From: Verrucomicrobiota bacterium
Lineage (GTDB): Bacteria > Verrucomicrobiota > Lentisphaeria > Lentisphaerales > Lentisphaeraceae
DNA length: 64,000 nucleotides
Direction of reading: 5' to 3'
Assembly: GCA_039798785.1 (NCBI GenBank)
Contig: JBDKFG010000003.1
Coordinates: 47,373-111,372, forward strand
The notes beneath the pieces are model-generated. The model did not search any database. It was not told where the DNA came from and was given only the letters and a program-made list of their open reading frames with translations. Shown one piece after another: positions 52,291 through 61,773 of the stretch (the first letter of the stretch is position 1; every line of letters starts with the position of its first letter). The position numbers were made by a program, and so were the translations under genes.

Positions 52291-55200
52291 ATGCCACTCT
52301 CCCTGACTCTCGGCTCTTCGTTTGCCATCACTGAAGCCTCCAGCCTGGCCATCACCTTGAGTTTGATCGATGCGGCCCCCGCAGCAGATGGCCTGATCTT
52401 TACCGTCAGCGGTCTTAGCGGCGGAAGTTTCCAAAAAGACGGCAGCGCGGTCACCAGCTTCACCCGCCTCGACATCGTCAATGGCCTCGTTTCCTTCCTC
52501 CACGACGGCGGCGACAACGCCCCGGCCTTCTCGATCAGCGTCAGCGATGGCAGCGAAACCAGCGCGACCACAGCCGCCACCATCAGCTTCACCGCCGTTA
52601 ATGACGCCCCGAGCCTTTCATTAACCAATATCGCCATCAGCGAAGGTGCCAGCGTCGTCTTGAACACGACGCACATCAACATCCTCGACCCTGATACCAG
52701 CAATGCCAATCTGACCATCACCCCACTGAATGTCGTGGGCGGCAAATTCACCGTCTCCAATGTCGACGCCGCGACTTTCACCAAGGCCGACCTTCTCGCC
52801 GGGAATGTCCGCTTCGTCCATAGTGGCGCCGAAGTCATCCCGACTTTCTCCTTCAAGGTCAGCGACGAAACCAGCGAGTCCGCAACCAAGGAAGCAACGA
52901 TCAACTTCACGCCAGACAATGAGTCCTCGCCAACCTTGATCCACAATCCTTTCGTCCTCAGCGAAGGCGGCAGCCTACTGATTACCACTAGCATCCTTAA
53001 CGCCACCGACCCGGATGTCGGCACCACCGATGAAAAACTGAAATTCGTCACCTCGCTGGTCACCGGAGGCTCCTTCAAAAAAACCGTCTCGGGGGTGACA
53101 AGCAACACAAGCTCCTTCACCCTCGCAGAAGTGAAAGCGGGCGTGATCTCCTTTGTCCACGACGGTTCAGAGAACACGCCGACAGCGACTCTGAAGGTCG
53201 ACGATGACAGCACCGGAACGATCCGCAGTTCGGCACTCGCGGCGATGACCTTCGATTTCACCAAAGTCAACGACCTCACTCCCTCCCTAAGTCTCGGCGC
53301 CTTGGCGGCAGTGAAAAGCGTGCCGCTGAAACTCCACACAGACTTCTTTTCCGCCACCGATGGCGATACCCAGACCAACAGCAGCAATCTCAGCTTCCGG
53401 ATCAGCAACACCATCGCCGGACGATTTGTCAAAGACGGCACGACCACCGTCATCGCTTTCACCAGAAAGGACATCGAAGACGGCAAGGTCTCCTTCGTCG
53501 ATGATGGCAGCGGCAATACACCATCTTTCTCGATCAATGTCTTCGACGGCATTAACAGCAGCGCGACCCAGAACTTCAACGTTTCCCTTTCGGCAGACAG
53601 CAGCAAGCCGGCACTCGCCCTCGGCAGCTTCAGCATCTCGGAAGGCGGAACCATCACCTTGAGCAACCGCCTGCTCAATGCGACGAAAAATCTCCCGGTC
53701 GATGCCTACGTTAAAACCGTCACCACCGCCAACATCACTCTGAGCGGCCTCCAGAGCATCAACGGCTACACTCTCGTTGATGGCGACCGCATCTTGGTCA
53801 AGGATCAGAGCGATGCCACTCAGGACGGCATCTACATCGCCCGCGCCGGAGCCTGGGAATTGGCCGCCGACTCTGTCGCCACGACGGTCTTGGACGGCAA
53901 GGTCTTTGGCGTACAAAACGGCAGCGATCAAGGCGATCTCCTGATTCTCACCGGCAGCGTCGGCACCGGTCTCGTCAGCACCCCCGAGGACGCCACCCTC
54001 ACCTTCAGCGTCACCGAGCTCGTCGGCGGGGTCTTCAAGAAAACCGTCAGCAGTGTCGCCACCACCGTCACCACCTTCACCCTCAAAGACGTCAAGGACG
54101 GCCTCATCACCTTCGTCCACGACGGCGGCGAAATCGCCCCGAGCTTCCAGTTCCAGGTCAACGACGGCGCCGGCCATGACTCGATCGTAGCCAGTCCAAG
54201 CATCGCCTTCACCCCGGTCAACGACCAGGTGCCGGTCCTGACCCTCGGAGCGATCAGCGTCGGCGAAGCTGCTTCGGTCGTCATCACCACCGCGATGATC
54301 AACGCCGCTGATGCCGACCTGCCCGCCATCGCCGATTCCAGCCTCACCTTCACCGTTTCCAACGTCACCGGCGGCAATTTCAAAAAGGCCGGCAACAACG
54401 TCACCTCCTTCACCCTGGCCGAAATCAAGGCGGGCAGCATCAGCTTCAGCCACGATGGAGGCGAGAGCGCCCCGGGCTTCAGCATCACAGTCAGAGACGG
54501 CACCAATACCTCGGCCAGCCAGACAGGCAGCATCACCCTCACTCAGATCAACGACGCCCCGACCCTGACTCTCGGCGCCATCCCGGTCCTGAAAGGCACG
54601 CCGCTGATCCTCAAGGTCGAGCACATCAACGCCGCCGACGTCGATTCCGGAACGCTCGATTCCGAACTCACCTTCACCGTCTCTTCGGTCAAAGGCGGGG
54701 CTTTCAAGGTCGGCGGGGCGTCTGTCACAAGTTTCACGCTGGCTCAGATCAAGAACAACGAGGTCAGCTTCGCTGATGACGGCACCGGCAACGGCAGCTT
54801 CACCATCAAGGTCACCGACAACGGCACCGCCGGAGTCGACAAGCTCTCCTCCGCCGAGCAGAGCGCCACGATCAGCGTCAGCACCAGCACCGATCTGCCC
54901 GCCCTCGCCCTCGGCAGCTTCGCCATCAGCGAAGGCGGCAGTCTGACTCTGAGCACAAGTATCCTCAACGCCAGCGCCAAAAACGGCAGCGCCGACAACC
55001 TCCTCGTCCTGAACGCCAGCGAGGTCAAAGGCGGCAGCTTCATCCTCAACAGCGCCTATGTCACTGAATTCACCTTGCAAGATGTCAAGGACGGCAAGGT
55101 CAGCTTCTTCCACGACGGCAGCGAAGTTGCCGCCGCCTTCAAGCTGACGCTCACCGAAGGCGCCAAGACCACCGTCGCCGTCAGCGCCCCCGTCAACTAC

Positions 55201-58059
55201 ACCGCGGTCAACGACATCACCCCCACCCTGATCCTCGGCGGTGCCGACAAGTTCGTCCTCAGCGAAAGCGGCACCGGTGCCACCCTCCTGATCACCACCG
55301 CGATGATCAGTGCCGTCGACCTCGATTCGACCAGCACCGACGCCAGCCTCACCTTCACGGCATCGAATGTCGTCGGCGGCAGCTTCAACAAGAAGAGCGG
55401 CACCAGCTCCACCAGCGTCACCACCTTCACCCTCAAGGACATCCGTGACGGCAACATCTCCTTCGTCGCCGAAGGCGGCGAAACCCAGCCCTCCTTCGCC
55501 ATCAAGGTCGGCGACGGAACCAACAACTCAGCACTCCAGACCGCCAGCTTCACCTTCACCAAAGTCAATGACGCACCGGTGCTCGTCCTCGGCACCTTCC
55601 CCGTCGTCAAGGGCGTGCCCCTGAAGATCACCACCTCGATCTTCAACGCCACCGACGCCGAAGGCGCGGCAGATGCCGATCTGAAATTCATCGTCAGTGG
55701 ACTCAACAGCGGCAGCTTCAAGAAAACCGTCGACAGCGTCGCCAGCACCGTCACCGAGTTCACCCTCGCCGACATCAAAGCCGACAGGATCAGCTTTGTC
55801 GATGGCGGCAAGAAGCCGGTCTTCTCAATCAAGGTCTCCGACGGCGCCGCGGTGAACCCCGAATCCTCGGCCAGGACGGTCGAGGCCAGCTATTCGAGCA
55901 GCAGCGCCCCAGCCCTCAGCCTCGGCGCCTTCACCGTCTCCGAAGGCGGCACGCTGGTCATCACCACCTCGCTGATCAACGCCGCCTCCAGCGTCGCAGA
56001 CACCTCCCTGCACTTCTACGTCAACTCCATCAGCGGCGCCAACTTCACCCTGAAATCAGGCAACACCTCGGTGAATGCCCGCAGCTTCACCCTCAAGGAT
56101 ATCAAAGACGGCAACGTCTCCCTGGTTCATGACGGCAGCGAAACGACGCCGAAATTCTCGCTCAAGGTGAGCGACGGGAAGATCAGCTCGCCTGTCCAGA
56201 ACGGCTTGATCACCTACAACGCAGTCAACGACAACGCGCCCGTCATCGCCACCCTCGGCAGATTCAAGATCACCGAGGGCACCTCGACCACTCTCCAGTA
56301 CGTCAAGATCACACAATCCCTCCTCAAAGCCACTGATGCCGACTCCGGCACCAGCAACAGCTCGTTGACCTTCAATGTCTCATCGGTCACAGGCGGCAGC
56401 TTCGTCCGCCTCACCGACACCAAAGGCAACTACAGCCCGGTCACCAGCTTCACCCAGGCCGAGATGATGGCCAACAAGATCTTCTTCCTGCAGAGCGGCG
56501 CCTCGGTGGTCCCCACCTTCAATGTCAGCGTCAGCGACGGTTCGAAGACCTCCGCCACCCACTCGGTGCGCTTCGAATTCACCGAAGTCAACGACGCGCC
56601 GGTCACCAGCCTCAACGCCATCGGACTGAACTCCGGCGCCACCGTGGTCCTGAAGAAGACCCATCTCACACTCAAGGACGACGAAGTCAGCGATAGCAGC
56701 CTACTCACCTTCACCGTCACCGCGATCAAAGGCGGCAGCTTCAAGAAGACCGTCGACAGCACCGCCACCACTGTCAAAACCTTCACCTTCAAGGATGTCG
56801 AAGACGGCAAGATCAGCTTCGTTCATGACGGCAGCGCCAAGGCTTCTTTCTCCCTCAAGGGTTCCGATGGCGAATTGAGCAGCAGCGTCGGCCAAGGGTT
56901 CTTCTTTGGCATCGGCGACGCCGCATCAGTCTCAGGCACCAAGGCCAACGAAACCTTCGTCGTCACTTCGAAGACCTTCGCCTCGATCAAAGGCGGCGCC
57001 GGCAACGACACGCTCTGGTTCGGCAGCGGCGTCAGCGGCGACCTGGATCTGACCCTGCCCAGCTTCGACGGCAAGATCGCCGACATCGAAGCGCTCGACC
57101 TGAACAGCGCCGGCATCACCCTCAAGCTGAATCTCGCCGAAGTCAAAGCTCTCTCCTCCAGCAGTGACGCGGTCAAGATCCACGGCGAAGCCGGCAACAC
57201 CGTCATCATCTCCGACTTGAATGCCTGGACCAAAGGCGCCAACGTCACCGGCAGCACCGGCATCGAGTACTACCGCTACACCAACGGCGATGCCACCCTC
57301 GACATCCAGAAGGAGATCAGCGTCAGCGCCGCCCCGACCCTTTCGCTTCGCACTTGGGATCTGGTCCAGAACGGCAGCTTCGCCCTCAACGGCACCCTGC
57401 TGGCCATCAGCGATGCCGACACCGCGAGCAGCGCCAGCCTGAGTGTGAGCGCCAGCGGCCTCCTCGGCGGCACCTTCCGCAAAACCGGGACGGAGGGAGC
57501 TGTCAGCAGCTTCACCCGCGAAGAGCTGGAAGCCGGTCAGATCAGCTTCCTCCATGACGGCGCCGACAAGGTCAGCTACACCCTGAAAGTCACCGACAAC
57601 ATCGGCTTGGAAAGCAGCAGCGTCACCCGCACCTACGAGTTCGGCATCGGCAGCGGCGAGACCGCCACCGGCACCGCCGATGCCAACACCTTCGTCATCA
57701 CCAGCCAGGCCTTCACCAAAGTCGATGGAGCAGCCGGCACCGACACGGTGCGCTTCGGGGCTGGCCTCACCGGCCTCTTCGATCTGACGGCCCTCGCCGA
57801 CACCCTGTTCAAAGATGTCGAGATCTTCGAGCTCGCCGGAACCGACAGCATTCTCAAGCTCAACGTCGCGGAGGTCAAAGCCCTGTCCTCGACCAGTGAT
57901 CGCCTCATCGTCCGAGGCAGCAGTGCCGACGAGATCCAAATTGCCGACTTCGCCTCGTGGAGCAAAGGCAGCGACGTCACGCGCGAGAACATCCTTTACA
58001 GCTCTTATTCCAACGCCGGCGCGACCTTGGAAATCCAGAAGGACATCAGCATCATCTGA
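52291..58059 (+). CDS. Large T1SS-secreted repetitive adhesin / surface protein with 14 CSPG (cadherin-like) repeats
   Basis: 14 copies of FTxxDIxxGxVSFxHDG with VND(A)P linkers, no Sec signal, and RTX-adhesin-type C-terminal domains (GGAGNDTL). Upstream of TolC/ABC/HlyD. Start re-called at ATG 52291. Confidence 0.88.
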   Translation: MPLSLTLGSSFAITEASSLAITLSLIDAAPAADGLIFTVSGLSGGSFQKDGSAVTSFTRLDIVNGLVSFLHDGGDNAPAFSISVSDGSETSATTAATISFTAVNDAPSLSLTNIAISEGASVVLNTTHINILDPDTSNANLTITPLNVVGGKFTVSNVDAATFTKADLLAGNVRFVHSGAEVIPTFSFKVSDETSESATKEATINFTPDNESSPTLIHNPFVLSEGGSLLITTSILNATDPDVGTTDEKLKFVTSLVTGGSFKKTVSGVTSNTSSFTLAEVKAGVISFVHDGSENTPTATLKVDDDSTGTIRSSALAAMTFDFTKVNDLTPSLSLGALAAVKSVPLKLHTDFFSATDGDTQTNSSNLSFRISNTIAGRFVKDGTTTVIAFTRKDIEDGKVSFVDDGSGNTPSFSINVFDGINSSATQNFNVSLSADSSKPALALGSFSISEGGTITLSNRLLNATKNLPVDAYVKTVTTANITLSGLQSINGYTLVDGDRILVKDQSDATQDGIYIARAGAWELAADSVATTVLDGKVFGVQNGSDQGDLLILTGSVGTGLVSTPEDATLTFSVTELVGGVFKKTVSSVATTVTTFTLKDVKDGLITFVHDGGEIAPSFQFQVNDGAGHDSIVASPSIAFTPVNDQVPVLTLGAISVGEAASVVITTAMINAADADLPAIADSSLTFTVSNVTGGNFKKAGNNVTSFTLAEIKAGSISFSHDGGESAPGFSITVRDGTNTSASQTGSITLTQINDAPTLTLGAIPVLKGTPLILKVEHINAADVDSGTLDSELTFTVSSVKGGAFKVGGASVTSFTLAQIKNNEVSFADDGTGNGSFTIKVTDNGTAGVDKLSSAEQSATISVSTSTDLPALALGSFAISEGGSLTLSTSILNASAKNGSADNLLVLNASEVKGGSFILNSAYVTEFTLQDVKDGKVSFFHDGSEVAAAFKLTLTEGAKTTVAVSAPVNYTAVNDITPTLILGGADKFVLSESGTGATLLITTAMISAVDLDSTSTDASLTFTASNVVGGSFNKKSGTSSTSVTTFTLKDIRDGNISFVAEGGETQPSFAIKVGDGTNNSALQTASFTFTKVNDAPVLVLGTFPVVKGVPLKITTSIFNATDAEGAADADLKFIVSGLNSGSFKKTVDSVASTVTEFTLADIKADRISFVDGGKKPVFSIKVSDGAAVNPESSARTVEASYSSSSAPALSLGAFTVSEGGTLVITTSLINAASSVADTSLHFYVNSISGANFTLKSGNTSVNARSFTLKDIKDGNVSLVHDGSETTPKFSLKVSDGKISSPVQNGLITYNAVNDNAPVIATLGRFKITEGTSTTLQYVKITQSLLKATDADSGTSNSSLTFNVSSVTGGSFVRLTDTKGNYSPVTSFTQAEMMANKIFFLQSGASVVPTFNVSVSDGSKTSATHSVRFEFTEVNDAPVTSLNAIGLNSGATVVLKKTHLTLKDDEVSDSSLLTFTVTAIKGGSFKKTVDSTATTVKTFTFKDVEDGKISFVHDGSAKASFSLKGSDGELSSSVGQGFFFGIGDAASVSGTKANETFVVTSKTFASIKGGAGNDTLWFGSGVSGDLDLTLPSFDGKIADIEALDLNSAGITLKLNLAEVKALSSSSDAVKIHGEAGNTVIISDLNAWTKGANVTGSTGIEYYRYTNGDATLDIQKEISVSAAPTLSLRTWDLVQNGSFALNGTLLAISDADTASSASLSVSASGLLGGTFRKTGTEGAVSSFTREELEAGQISFLHDGADKVSYTLKVTDNIGLESSSVTRTYEFGIGSGETATGTADANTFVITSQAFTKVDGAAGTDTVRFGAGLTGLFDLTALADTLFKDVEIFELAGTDSILKLNVAEVKALSSTSDRLIVRGSSADEIQIADFASWSKGSDVTRENILYSSYSNAGATLEIQKDISII

Positions 58060-58102
58060 GTTCCCCGCTTCCGATTCCCGACCCTTCAACAAGGCTTAGC
58101 AA

Positions 58103-59521
58103 ATGACATTACTCGAGTTCACCGCAGGTCTCTTCTTCGCCACCTGCCCAGCCCTGATCGCCCAAGAGGCGCCTCCCTCAGCGACGCCCCCGGCTCCTCC
58201 CGCCGACGCCGCGCCTCTCAGCGGCGCCGCCCCTAGCACCCTGGCCGAGTGCGTCCGTCTCGCCCGGGCTCACTCCCCTAGCTTGAAATCCGCCGCCGCG
58301 GTCGCCGAAGCCCGTGAACTGGAGCACCAGTCGGCGCAAGCGCAGTGGCTCCCCACTCTCGACGCGGACGGCCGTTACGGGCGCGAAGGCACCTCCTCCC
58401 CCTTCACCCGCCGCTCCGTCGAGGCGGCTCCCGGCCGTGCCGCCCAGGCCGGCCAGGACCGGCAGTGGCGCTGGGCCGGCAGCGTCGGACTCACCGCCCG
58501 CCAGCTGCTCTACGACGGTGACCGCTTGAACAGCGATATCGAAGCCGCCGGCCTCACCGCGCAGCAATCCAAGATCGAGCAGCGCCTGAACGCAGAAGAC
58601 ACTGTCTTCGAAGCCGTGCGAGCTCACATCCGCCTCTTTGACGCCCGCCAGCAGGTCGAGATCCAGGCCGCGACCCTGGAATCGCTCCGAGCTCTCGAGA
58701 CCTTGGTCCGCCGCCGCGTCGAAGAAAAAGCCGAGGAGAGCGCTTCGCTGATCCAGGTGCAAGGCCGCATCGCCCGCTCCGAGTCCTCTCTCATCGGAAC
58801 CGAGGCCGAACTGCTCTCCGCCGAATCGGACTACGAACGGGTCACCGGCGTCCGCCCCGGCCCTCTCAGCTTCGAAAACGGTCCGGAACGCAGCTATAAA
58901 TCCCGCGAGGAAGCGCTTGCCGCCGCCGCCAGCCACCCGGCCATCCAAGGTTCCGCACTCGCCGTCGACGAAGGCGAAGCCCGCCTCAAGAGCCGAGAAT
59001 CCGCCCTCAAGCCCCGCGTCTTCGCCGAGCTCAGCGCCCGCGAACGCAGCGATGACAACGCCAGCAACGGCGAAACCACCGTCTACGGCGCCTACCTCAC
59101 CGCCGAATGGAACCTCTTCCGCGGCGGCGCCGACGTCAAGGCGATCGAAGCCGGCGTCAGACTTGTCGATGCGGCCGAAGCTCAGCTCGTCGGCACGCAG
59201 CGCAAGGTCTTCCAGGAGATCCACGAGACCTGGAACCAGCTGGTCGCCGCCGAGCGCCAGACCGCCCTCGCTCTGGCTCAGGAGGAATCGGCCCAGCAGA
59301 CCTTCCGGGTCTACCAGGAACAGTACAAGGCCTCCCGCCGCAGCCTCTTCGACCTGCTCAACATCACCGAAGAGCTGGCCCAGTCGAAAGCCGCCAGCCG
59401 CAGCTCGAAAAACCGCCTCGCCTTCCTGCGCTACCGCCTGAAAGGATCCCTCGCCCAGCTCGCCGAATGCTTCCCCGAGGAAGCCAAGTCCAGCTCCACC
59501 CCTCACTCCGCCCAGCCGTAA
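58103..59521 (+). CDS. TolC-family outer membrane protein of the T1SS
   Basis: WLPTLD, ARQLLYDG, WNLFRGG and YQEQYKASRRSLFDLLN. Confidence 0.9.
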   Translation: MTLLEFTAGLFFATCPALIAQEAPPSATPPAPPADAAPLSGAAPSTLAECVRLARAHSPSLKSAAAVAEARELEHQSAQAQWLPTLDADGRYGREGTSSPFTRRSVEAAPGRAAQAGQDRQWRWAGSVGLTARQLLYDGDRLNSDIEAAGLTAQQSKIEQRLNAEDTVFEAVRAHIRLFDARQQVEIQAATLESLRALETLVRRRVEEKAEESASLIQVQGRIARSESSLIGTEAELLSAESDYERVTGVRPGPLSFENGPERSYKSREEALAAAASHPAIQGSALAVDEGEARLKSRESALKPRVFAELSARERSDDNASNGETTVYGAYLTAEWNLFRGGADVKAIEAGVRLVDAAEAQLVGTQRKVFQEIHETWNQLVAAERQTALALAQEESAQQTFRVYQEQYKASRRSLFDLLNITEELAQSKAASRSSKNRLAFLRYRLKGSLAQLAECFPEEAKSSSTPHSAQP

Positions 59522-59533
59522 AAAAGGATAGTT

Positions 59534-61771
59534 ATGGTCGCCACCGAACCGAAAGCCCCTGAGATGGAAAAGGTCGATCCCGCCCATCGCGACGACCTCG
59601 CCCATTGCCTCGCCCTGATCGCCCGCACCGAAGGCCGTCTCTACTCGATCAATGCCCTGAAGGACGGCATCCCGCTCGAAGGCGGCATGATCACCACCAA
59701 CACCTTCTTCCGCTGCGCCGCCCGCGCCGGCTTCAAGTCGGAGCTGGTCCAGCGCAAGCTCGATGAAATCCCCGGCCACGTCCTCCCGGTCATCCTCGTC
59801 CTCAAGAACGGCGCCGCCGCCCTCCTCATCCAGCGCAGCGAAGGCCACTGCCGCCTCCTCTATCCGGAAGGCGAGACCGGCCGCGACGAAGTCCGCGCCG
59901 AAGCCGAACTCGCCGAAAGCTACACCGGCCAGTGCCTCTACCTGAAAGACATGTTCGAGTCGAAAACCGCCGCCGAAGAGGCCGTGGAAGAACTCGCCGG
60001 CGACCCGAAGTGGTTCAGCAAGGCGGTCTTCCGCTACAAGGCGCTGTACAGCAACGCTATCTTCGCGACCCTGCTGATCAACATCTTCAGCCTCGCTTCG
60101 ACCATCTACATCATGAACGTCTACGACCGAGTCGTCCCCAACGGCCCGGCCGCCAGCAGCACCCTCTGGGCCCTGGCCATCTTCGTCACCATCGTCTACG
60201 TCTTCGATGCCATCCTCAAGGTCATCCGCGCCCGACTCCTCGATACCGCGGGAAAACGCTCCGACATCGTCATCACCAGCTCCCTCTTCTACAAGCTGAT
60301 GAACATGCGCATCGGCAGCCGCCCGAAGAACTCCGGCAGCTTCGCCTCGGTCTTCCGCGACTTCGACTCGGTCCGTGACTTCTTCTCCTCCACCACCATC
60401 ACCTTCTTCGCCGACCTGCCCTTCGTCTTCATCGCCATCCTGGTGATGTGGTTCATCAGCGGCCCCCTCATCATCACCCCGATCATCGCCGGCGTCCTCA
60501 CCATCATCATCATGGTGATCTCCCACCACAAGATGAAGAAGCTCAGCGCCGAACAGCTCAAATCCTCGGCCTACAAGCACGGCATGCTTGTCGAAGCCAT
60601 CGCCATCCTCGAACGGGTCAAACTGGTCCGCGCCCAAGGCTGGCTGATGCGCCGCTGGGAACGCGCCGCCGCCGAACAGGCGATCCAAGGCCAATCCCTG
60701 AAAGACATCGGCTCCAACGCCATGTTCGCCGTCGGCTTCATCCACCAGATGGCCACCGTCGTCATCGTCATCCACGGCGTCTTCCTCATCTGGGGCAACG
60801 AAGACGGCATCCCCTTGATGACCCAGGGCGCCCTGGTCGCCTCGGTCATCCTCCTCGGCAAGGTCCTGGCTCCCCTCAGCCAGGTCACCGGCCTGATGAG
60901 CCGCCTCAACTCCACCCAGGAAGCCCTGAAAAACGTCGGCGAATTCATGGCCGCCCCGGTCGAGCGTCCGCCCGACGGCTCGCTCTGCTCGCGCCCGGTC
61001 ATCCGCGGCAACGTCAAGTTCGAAAACGTCTCCTTCGCCTACCCTTCCAACACTCCGGGGATGCAGATGGGCGCGCCGAAAAAGGCCCTCGACGGCGTCA
61101 GCTTCGAAATCAAGCCGGGCGAACGCGTCGGCATCCTCGGCCGCGTCGGCTCGGGCAAATCCACCACCCTCCGCCTCATCTCCGGCCTCTACGACCCCAC
61201 TGAAGGCCGCATCCTGATGGACGGCACCGACCTGCGTCAGATCGACCCGGCCGACCTGCGCTCCTCGATCTCCTTCGTCCCCCAGATGTCGATGCTCTTC
61301 AATACCAGCATCCGCGAAAACCTCCTGATGTCCAACCCCTCGATCACCCAGGGAGAGCTGCAGGAGATCCTCGAACTCACCGGCGCCATCGATGTCGTCG
61401 CCTCTCAGCCGCAAGGCCTCGACCGCCAGGTCGGCGAACAGGGCCAAGCCCTCTCCGGCGGCCAGCGCGACATGCTCTCCACAGCCATGGGCCTGGTCAA
61501 CCGCGGCAACCTCCTCCTCCTCGACGAACCCGGCACCTCGCTCGACCAGCAGGCCGAACAACGCCTCCTCGCCGGCCTCAACAAGTTCTCCCAGGGCCGC
61601 ACACTCGTCCTCTGCACCCACCGCCCCAACTGGCTCGGCCTGGTCAACCGCCTGATCATCATCGACGGCGGCAAGATCGTCGCCGACGGCCCCCGCGATC
61701 AGGTGCTCGCCGCCCTCAACCAGAACAGCAAACGCCAAGCTGACGGCTCCAACCCCCAGACCGGTAACTGA
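59534..61771 (+). CDS. T1SS permease/ATPase (LapB/LssB-like, with C39-like N-terminal domain)
   Basis: MNVYDRVVPN, GRVGSGKST, LSGGQ, LLLDEP and THR. Confidence 0.93.
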   Translation: MVATEPKAPEMEKVDPAHRDDLAHCLALIARTEGRLYSINALKDGIPLEGGMITTNTFFRCAARAGFKSELVQRKLDEIPGHVLPVILVLKNGAAALLIQRSEGHCRLLYPEGETGRDEVRAEAELAESYTGQCLYLKDMFESKTAAEEAVEELAGDPKWFSKAVFRYKALYSNAIFATLLINIFSLASTIYIMNVYDRVVPNGPAASSTLWALAIFVTIVYVFDAILKVIRARLLDTAGKRSDIVITSSLFYKLMNMRIGSRPKNSGSFASVFRDFDSVRDFFSSTTITFFADLPFVFIAILVMWFISGPLIITPIIAGVLTIIIMVISHHKMKKLSAEQLKSSAYKHGMLVEAIAILERVKLVRAQGWLMRRWERAAAEQAIQGQSLKDIGSNAMFAVGFIHQMATVVIVIHGVFLIWGNEDGIPLMTQGALVASVILLGKVLAPLSQVTGLMSRLNSTQEALKNVGEFMAAPVERPPDGSLCSRPVIRGNVKFENVSFAYPSNTPGMQMGAPKKALDGVSFEIKPGERVGILGRVGSGKSTTLRLISGLYDPTEGRILMDGTDLRQIDPADLRSSISFVPQMSMLFNTSIRENLLMSNPSITQGELQEILELTGAIDVVASQPQGLDRQVGEQGQALSGGQRDMLSTAMGLVNRGNLLLLDEPGTSLDQQAEQRLLAGLNKFSQGRTLVLCTHRPNWLGLVNRLIIIDGGKIVADGPRDQVLAALNQNSKRQADGSNPQTGN

Positions 61772-61773
61772 TC

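Noticed and set aside
58178..61738. 1186-aa minus-strand ORF, and similar long antisense ORFs at 8793-10652, 22285-24102, 40288-42348, 45705-48653, 48796-50820 and 53287-55113
   Set aside because: Each lies opposite well-supported genes and has no recognisable motifs. They are shadow ORFs produced by the strong C/G-ending codon bias.
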